Shown: in pieces, positions 55,911 through 64,000 of the stretch | Layout of the letters: every line of letters begins with the position of its first letter | How positions within the stretch are numbered: the first letter of the stretch is position 1 | Source: Octopus sinensis | Lineage: Eukaryota | Assembly (NCBI RefSeq): GCF_006345805.1 | Contig: NC_043009.1 | Span: 13,206,001 to 13,270,000 of the forward strand | Length of the DNA stretch: 64,000 nucleotides | Direction: 5' to 3' | Position numbers and translations under genes: made by a program | Notes under the pieces: model-generated | Told to the model about the DNA's origin: nothing | Database searches by the model: none | What the model saw: only the letters and a program-made list of their open reading frames with translations

Positions 55911-56078
55911 CGAGTGGGTGCTGAAAATTTCCTGGGTTTAAGGGTATCGCCAAGGGCGTGGTTGGAGGCCCATCCTTCCTGAATGATTGCTGCAGTAAGT
56001 ATGTGGAATAAAATCTTAATTAACTGATCCACCTGTATTTCCTTTTATCCAAAGATAGGAGCTTTTCAACATCCCTCC
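55911..56078. mobile_element. Mariner-type MITE
   Basis: TA|CGAGTGGGTGCTGAAAATTTCCT versus reverse complement GGAGGGATGTTGAAAAGCTCCT, TA-flanked. Confidence 0.6.
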
Positions 56079-56161
56079 TATGTATGTATGTATGTATATG
56101 TGTGTTAGACAGCAGAAATAGATCTACATGCATGCGTATATATATATGTGTGTGTGTATAG

Positions 56162-56648
56162 TAAATGTGAAAATGCATTGTAAATAAACAACGAGTGAAT
56201 AACCGGGGGAAAGAGGGACGTCTTTAATTCTTCATCAGTTATCAACCAAAATATTAATTCTCAGTTTCGCATCATTAATGATAAGACTGAAAGGTTCCTA
56301 TATTGGCGGTGTCTGCGAAAGCCTTTGAGAACGTAAAGCCTTGAGCAAACAAAACAACACACAGCGGACATACAAAATGAATAGGTACGAGCAAAAAATT
56401 TCTGTGTCTTGCTATTTGCTATATTCTACATTCTTTAGGGTTTCTTCTACGCGTTACCAGCCATTCTTCTCTTTTTTTCCTTAAGGCTATATTTTGCCCG
56501 TTTTCAATTTACTTCATCTATGTTCATTGTCTTAACTTTCGTATGTCCACTGTGTGTTGCTTTGTTTGCTTGAGGCCCTACATTCTCTGCGGCTCAGTAT
56601 ATGTCTTTTATCTGTCGTGGTTTATTTACAATGCATTTTTTCATTTAT
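56162..56648. repeat. Diverged inverted repeat upstream of a (TA)n tract
   Basis: AAATGCATTGTAAATAAAC / GTTTATTTACAATGCATTT and GCAAACAAAACAACACACAGCGGACATAC / GTATGTCCACTGTGTGTTGCTTTGTTTGC. Confidence 0.75.
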
Positions 56649-56748
56649 TAAGGAACTGTACGCAACGCACACCCGGCTTTTATTACCAGTATTACCAAAT
56701 TATTAATTACTAATTAATTTATTTATTTTACCCTTATTATTATTATTG

Positions 56749-56800
<52 letters not shown>

Positions 56801-56801
<1 letters not shown>

Positions 56802-56993
56802 TGGAGTGGCTCTATGGTAAGTAGCTTGCTTACCAACCACATGGTTCCAGGTTCATTCCCACTGCATGGCACCTTGGGGAAGTGTCTTCTACTATAGCTT
56901 TGGGCCGACCAAAGGCTTGTGAGTGGATTTGGTAGACGGAAACTGAAAGACGCCCGTCGGATATATGTATATACATATTATATGTATGTATGT

Positions 56994-57049
<56 letters not shown>

Positions 57050-57272
57050 GTGTGTATATGTTTGTGTGTCTGTGTTTGTCCCCCCAACATCGCTTGACAA
57101 CAGATGCTGGTGTGTTTATGTCCCCGTAACTTAGCGATTCGGCAAAAGAGACCGATAGAATAAGTACTAGGCTTCCAAAGAATAAGTCCTGGGGTCGACT
57201 TGCTGGACTAAAAAGCGGTGCTCCGGCATGGCCGCAGTCAAATGACTGAAACAAGTAATAGTGTAAAAGAGT
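56801..57272 (+). mobile_element. SINE family A, full length
   Basis: Matches 3055-3468. Confidence 0.9.
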
Positions 57273-57704
57273 ATATATATACATATATATATATATATAC
57301 ATCACATATATACCTGTGCATGTGTGAACGTGCCTGTCTTCTGTATGTATGTGTGTAGTTGTGTATGTGTAGAGGGATAGAGATGTAAAGGCAAACTGTC
57401 TGTCAGAGTGAGAGCGTAAAGTGCGATCGAGTTGAGGTTCTTAAAACTGCATAACTATACTTGCGCCAATATGTAGGTCCCTGATTTCAGATTCTTTACT
57501 TAGTCATCCGTCTTAGAAATATGGTGGGTTGGTTGTCATGACTTGGTTAAACTAAATATTTACAAAACAAGTAATATTACCATTAGTTCTGACTAGATCA
57601 CCATCAGCCATTTGACAAAATCAACACTGACCTGTGTTTCAACTACGGCAGCGCCACTAGCATCAACTTCACCGGCACCAACGCTAACACTACCACAAAC
57701 AACA

Positions 57705-57705
57705 G

Positions 57706-57751
<46 letters not shown>

Positions 57752-57771
57752 CACTACTACTACTACTACTA
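57705..57771. repeat. (ACT)n microsatellite
   Basis: Directly visible. Confidence 0.95.
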
Positions 57772-58597
57772 TCATTTTCGATTCCTGCTATCAAGATTGT
57801 ACAGAAGCTCTTTATGTGTTACCTTAGATTAATATAGATCGTCAATTTATTTTCCTCACACCTACTTAGGACATTTGCATTCCTGAAGATCAACAACTGT
57901 ATTTGATGAATTAGGAGGTGATGCAGGTGCCCTGGTAGAGACAGCTACTGTGACTGCTGATATTAATAATATGACAACAATAACAATGTTTCTATTGATT
58001 TCAACTAAATACAATCTATTTAGATAATTATATTTGCACTTATCGTTAACGAACAACTTTTTGCCGGCGCTAAACACACGAACACAAATGTCATGTCTTC
58101 TTCGTCTCAAATCTGTTCCCACCCATCTGAACGAAATCCAGTCTTAAGAGTTAGCTATTGGAATTTTAAATCACATTTCAAACACTTTTCTTTTAGCGAA
58201 AAGGTGATATAAAGGTGATGCCTGTAAAATGTATTTCTACATAATTCCACTAAAAAATCGATAGTTTCAGTTTTGGCAACAGATGGTTGGATTTCGAAAT
58301 AAAATAGAATATAGTTTGAAGTAACTCGAATTCATACTTCTTTACAAAGTCAAGGTTGGTGTAATTCGTACTTTCAAAGTTTGATTTCTTTTCTCATCAG
58401 AATGAATAATAATTATTTACTCCATTGAATGATTTAGAATTAAAAGCTTCGATTTTTCACTTTATAATTCTAAACTCAGATCTGTAAGGTAGGTGTACAG
58501 AAGCGCATCCGATGCTATATTTCTGTACCTGATACTCATCTTTCTTTATAGAGATACATGCTACATTTGTTATATACATACATTAACACACACACAC

Positions 58598-58638
<41 letters not shown>

Positions 58639-58645
<7 letters not shown>

Positions 58646-59029
58646 ATCCAATTCTAAAAGGAATATATGACACATTGCTTCAGTAAGACAACCGCTTATG
58701 CAGTGAACTTTAAACTGTGCCACCTCATTCCCTTATCTGTTCTCAAGCAGCATTGCGTAAACGTCACTTAATCTTCAACGTTCTCCTCTTGTAAAATGTG
58801 CCTATGTAATATATGTGTGTGTGTGTGCATAGTTGTGTGTTTGCATGTGTCTATGTATATATATAAATATATATATATATTTAAATATACATATATATAT
58901 ATTTATTTATTTAAATATACATATATATATATTTATTTATTTAAATATACATATATATATATATTTATTTATTTAAATATACATATATATATATTTATTT
59001 ATTAAAATATACATATATATATATTTATT

Positions 59030-59060
<31 letters not shown>

Positions 59061-59635
59061 CTATATATATATATATATATCTATATATATATATATATAT
59101 ATATGATTATTGAAGTAGATAAATGAATTATCTTATTACGGATTATTCAAATGATGACCGATACCTGGGTAGCAAAAATCACAACAGAAAAGCACGGTTG
59201 AGGTTAGGACCATGGGGCCTAAAATCCGTGCCTTAGTGCGGAAATTTAACCTCAACCGTGTTCTTCCTACACTAAATATATATGTATATGTATATTTAAA
59301 TAAATATATATATATATATGTATATTTAAATAAATAAATAAATATATATATATGTATATTTAAATAAATAAATAAATATATATGTATATTTAAATATATA
59401 TATATATTTATATTTATCCGTACACACATGCAAACACACAACTATGCACACACACACACATATATTACATAGGCACATTTTACAAGAGGAGAACGTTGAA
59501 GATTAAGTGACGTTTACGCAATGCTGCTTGAGAACAGATAAGGGAATGAGGTGGCACAGTTTAAAGTTCACTGCATAAGCGGTTGTCTTACTGAAGCAAT
59601 GTGTCATATATTCATTTCAGAATGGGATTTTCATA
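58639..59635. repeat. Large inverted duplication (212-bp unique arms plus AT minisatellite)
   Basis: 58639-58850 versus 59424-59635, three mismatches seen. The ATTTAAATATACATATAT-type minisatellite is mirrored inside the arms. Confidence 0.95.
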
Positions 59636-60595
59636 CCTTTCTAAAATACAATATCAGTCACGAAGTACTGACCTTCAAACATATAAAGTAAACATTGGCC
59701 ATATTTCACTTAATCAACTGTCCCTGTTCGAAACATCAATAACTGCACCTATTCATTACATTTTTATTCATACAACAATATAATCGTATACATCACATAC
59801 AAAGCACTCCAGTACGTAGGCACGCACACATGCACGCATGTATGCATGCACGCACACACCAACACAAACACATACACACACAATCATACATACACTCATA
59901 CACACACAAACATAAAATTATTTTCCTCTTTTCTTTCGAATTTAATTAACTATGTTGCAATCAGTCAGTTGACATTTGTAACATGACTAATTTGTTGAGC
60001 TAATTAAATCGAAAACACCGACGTGAGACGAATATTTTGAATAAAATATTAATTTCTCCCATTTGAACATGATGGGCAGGTTTTCATTAAGACATCTTAA
60101 CAACAAAACCGATAAAAGAGGCTTCAAAAACTTAATAACGATTATTTACTAACATGTCATTGCTTGTCGTAATCGTTGTCGATTATCATTATTGTGAAAC
60201 TACTGCTGCGATGGGTGTATTTTCTCCAATGTTCTATAATAAATTTTAAGAGATACACGGCATATGAAAATTTACGATACGGGACGTATAAGTCGAGGAA
60301 GCTCACACAATTTCGTCTCAGAAATAAGGGAAATGAAAAGTTTTCACTCAGAACATTATACAGAATTGTGAATACAGTTTGGGAGAAATACGTTTCTCAC
60401 ACACCACCAGATTATTTTTGCAGGGTTTATTAAGCATAACACAAAATATTTAAGTATAACTGTGAAATGAATTTGGGAAATAATTTATGCTTTATAGTTT
60501 ACCTTAATAGAAAACGGTTTTTGAAACAGTATTCTGTCAACGACCAATCCAGGCGTTAACTCTAGACTTACATGTACGCAAACAGACAAATACAT

Positions 60596-60637
<42 letters not shown>

Positions 60638-61428
60638 TGAATATAGATGCAAAGGCAAATATAGCTATCAATATTCATGTTAATGTGTATTTATATGTAA
60701 GCATGCTTTGCTTACTACATGCTTTGCTTACTATGTATTTTCATATATACACTATTATACATATATATATATATATATTTCTAAATACATAACAGACACA
60801 CAATCATGTAAATGTATCGCATCGTACATGTCAAAAAACGTTGGAAGCACACTACAGGGAGGATAAGTAAAATTACTTTATACTGAGTGAATGCGTCTGA
60901 TGGGGTATGCAAAGTTGGGGGACGGTGTATTGTACAGATTTCGACAAAGAAATTGAGTGTGGGATGTGTTTGGTGATTTTGTTTTTTTTATTGTAGACTT
61001 GTAATAAACTTGTAACGCAGTGATGTCGGTCGGTGTATACACGCTGTTTAGGAATCTGGAACTATACGCATTTTAGAGCGTATTGTAATGTTGAATACTG
61101 AGGTTGCTGAATTTAAATGCAATTGTATTGTGGGAAGGGATAGTTACCCGGGTTGAATGTGATGGAATGTGTTGTGAGTACTGTATATCGAATTATCTGG
61201 TGGAAGTAAGAGTGAGTGATCTTCCATTTTCATAAAAACTTTACAAGGAAAGATCGATAGCTTCCTTTAACTTGTCGATAAAGAAGTGATTGTATCTACT
61301 ATGTACGTCAGTATTCCATTAAAATATTTGATATGTAAATATTCGCATATAGATATTGATATATATATATATATATATAATATATGCGTGTGTGTGTGTG
61401 TGAGTGTGTGTATGTATATATATATGTA

Positions 61429-61519
<91 letters not shown>

Positions 61520-61522
<3 letters not shown>

Positions 61523-61925
61523 GGTGTTGTCAATCCGACCTTGGGCAAAAAGTCTATACACTTCTGCCAGCGTTCCTGCGTTCCTGCCGCTGTTGGAAAC
61601 ACTTCTGGAAATCCCTTTCTGGGATGCTGTAGAGTTGTACCGTCGAATTTTGCTGCTGACTCAAATCCTATTGTTTTGAGTGTTTTTCTTTTAGCTTTGG
61701 GAATAGTCAAAAGTCGCACAACACACTCTTCACGTATGTAGTCAATGGGTCACTGCGTGCGAATGGCGCAACCTCCAGGCAAGAAATTTTTGCGCATCTG
61801 GTCTTCACATGGGAGTTTATTGCAACCACTTAAAACTAGAGAAGACCTATATGATTGATGACTACATCCTTATGATAAATCATGTATGTGTGTGTGTGGT
61901 TTCCTCTGTTATTTTTTATGAACTA
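61520..61925 (-). mobile_element. Mariner transposase remnant
   Basis: Minus-strand C-terminal ..QERWQKCID and RLLTIPK..TLK, similar to the segment after the third catalytic D. Confidence 0.55.
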
Positions 61926-61944
61926 TATATATGTGAGTATGTAT

Positions 61945-62160
61945 CTATGTGTGTGTGCCTTTGTAGCAGTGTTTGCTCTCCATGATCACTTGACGACCAT
62001 TGTTGATGTGTTTACGTCCCCGTAACTTAGCAGTTCGACTGTAGTGTCCAATAAAATACGTGGTAGGCTTTAAAAATCGTGGGGTCGATTTGTTCGACTA
62101 AATCATTCAAGGCATGGTTACAGTCAAATAACTAAAATAATTAAGAGAACGAAAGACTGT
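61945..62160 (+). mobile_element. SINE family A, degraded 3' half
   Basis: GTGTTTACGTCCCCGTAACTTAGC..GGGGTCGATTTGTTCGACTAA. Confidence 0.75.
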
Positions 62161-62171
62161 AATATACATAC

Positions 62172-62220
<49 letters not shown>

Positions 62221-62251
62221 ATATGTACATATATATATACAAAACACACAC

Positions 62252-62293
<42 letters not shown>

Positions 62294-62824
62294 GTGTATG
62301 TATATATGCGTATGTGTGTGTTGTGTGTGTGTGCATGTGTGTATGAAAGCACATACGTCAAAGAATGAGATATACCAATGAAAATGCGTCTCCACCTGCG
62401 TCTCGTATCTTTAACGCTTTCCTTCTAAATCACTGGCGTCAACTACCCCCTCCCTATATCACTTCACTTATCTTTTAATCTATCTATCTATCTAGCTTTA
62501 TTTAAGAGAATTATTTCTCTATGTCACCATATCGAAAGTTTTTTTCCGTTGCTCTCTAGAAGTATTTAATTGAAATATATATATAACAAAACTAATAATA
62601 TCTTCAATGACACTGGAATATGCGACAGATGGCCAGATTTTTATACAAGACTTATGTATAACACACTGGAAATAAACTCACAGAGGCGGAAAAATTTACA
62701 TAAATACAAATATAAGGTTGCACATGATTTCGTTAACGCTAAAAAAATAAAAGCACGTTAATTCATGTCAAAACTCTTTTATTCTATATCGAGTTTCTGG
62801 TCTTTATATATATGTATACAAACA

Positions 62825-63924
62825 CATGAGTTAGACAAAATAATGGAAACACCTTTAAATTTCAAAGGACCGCCTTTGGAAGTAATTACAGCTTGAATTC
62901 TTGTCGTGATGATGGTACGTGATATCGACTCCTTACTTGTTTTTCTAAAATGCACCATAAATGTTCAATAATATGGAGATCTGAGGACTGTGGTGCCCAG
63001 ATGAGATATTCATAATCATTAGAATGTTCCTCGTGCCATTCAGTAACAAGTTTAGCTGTGTGAATTGGTGCATTATCATCTTGATTATTAATTCTGCCAT
63101 GAAGGGAAAACATTGGGCCGGCGGATTTCTAAGATATAGCCCCACCCACGTCCCAGATCATCAAAGAACCTCCTCCATGTGTAACAGTTCGAAGAAGGCA
63201 GTCTGGGTCAAATGCTTCTTTTGGCTGTCTCCACATGTATACGCGGCCAGTGGTAGGAAATAAGGTAAAGGATGACTCGTCCGAGAAAATAACATTCTTC
63301 CACTGCTCTAGCGACAAATTCTGTAGGTTTTTACTCCACTCTAAACGCTTTGCAACGTTTGTCTTTGAAAGTAGTAGTTTTCTGATTGTAGTCCTCCCGT
63401 GAAATCCAGCTTTGTACAACTCCTGGGGAGCAAATTTTGTGGAAACTGGGTTCTCGAGGTGGTCATTAAGACCTGCAGTAATTTTGGGAGCTGTACTTTT
63501 GTGATCCATTCGAATAATGCGCGTAAGAGTCCGACGGTCACTATCTGAAAGTTTTGGCTTTCTTCCGGAGTTTTGTTTCGATAAGGTGGCTTTTCCTTCT
63601 TTCTTAAATGCTGTCATTACTTTCGAGACAGTACTTCTTGATACCCCAAACATTTCGGCTGTTTTCGTTACGCTAGCGCCTGCCATACAAGCACCAACAA
63701 TTTGACCTCTTTGACGGTCCGATAGATATGTGATTTTAATGAATTTTAATTACCCTTTTCTGTTGATATTTGTAAAGAAACAGTAAATGTATCAAAATAT
63801 ATTAAGCAGCACTAATAATAAATAACAAAAAACATAAAAATAAACAAGATTTGTCGGTTTTATAAATATTTCAAAATTATGGTGCTATGATGCTAGGTGT
63901 TGCCATTATTTTGTCCAACCCCTG
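62825..63924 (-). mobile_element. Tc1-like (DD34E) transposon, internally deleted and frameshifted
   Basis: TIRs CATGAGTTAGACAAAATAATGGAAACACC / CAGGGGTTGGACAAAATAATGGCAACACC. ORF 63686-63129 with SGRKPKLS and VIFSDES; ORF 63113-62886 with QDDNAPIH and WAPQSSDLHIIEHLW. Confidence 0.92.

Positions 63925-64000
<76 letters not shown>

Noticed and set aside
57612-57827. Thr-rich mucin-like ORF
   Set aside because: Explained by (ACT)n and flanking low complexity; no supporting gene structure.
58851-59035. Regularly spaced ~30-bp AT-rich repeats
   Set aside because: A minisatellite without unique spacers in eukaryotic DNA, not a CRISPR array.

Overview
AT-rich, microsatellite-dense eukaryotic DNA with no recognisable host protein-coding gene. 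The SINE repertoire and repeat landscape resemble an octopus (coleoid cephalopod) genome, which is an inference. Almost all ORFs in the track are microsatellite artefacts. The real coding remnants are transposon-derived: four R4/Dong-like REL-endonuclease LINE pieces, a CR1-like LINE, a Gypsy gag/integrase remnant, several mariner/maT/Tc1 elements, MITEs, a non-autonomous Helitron and three tRNA-derived SINE families. The main observation is a set of head-to-head palindromic insertions, each embedded in (TA)n. They differ in sequence but repeatedly carry a minimal type I hammerhead ribozyme fold (stem I, CUGANGA, stem II, GAAA, palindromic stem III, NUH, stem I) at or next to the inversion point. 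This matches Penelope-like retroelement pseudo-LTRs. One young palindrome (40863-41327) holds two identical hammerheads with an intact core. Several tail-to-tail inverted duplications around (TA)n tracts are also present. All alignments and folds were made by eye, and element boundaries are approximate.
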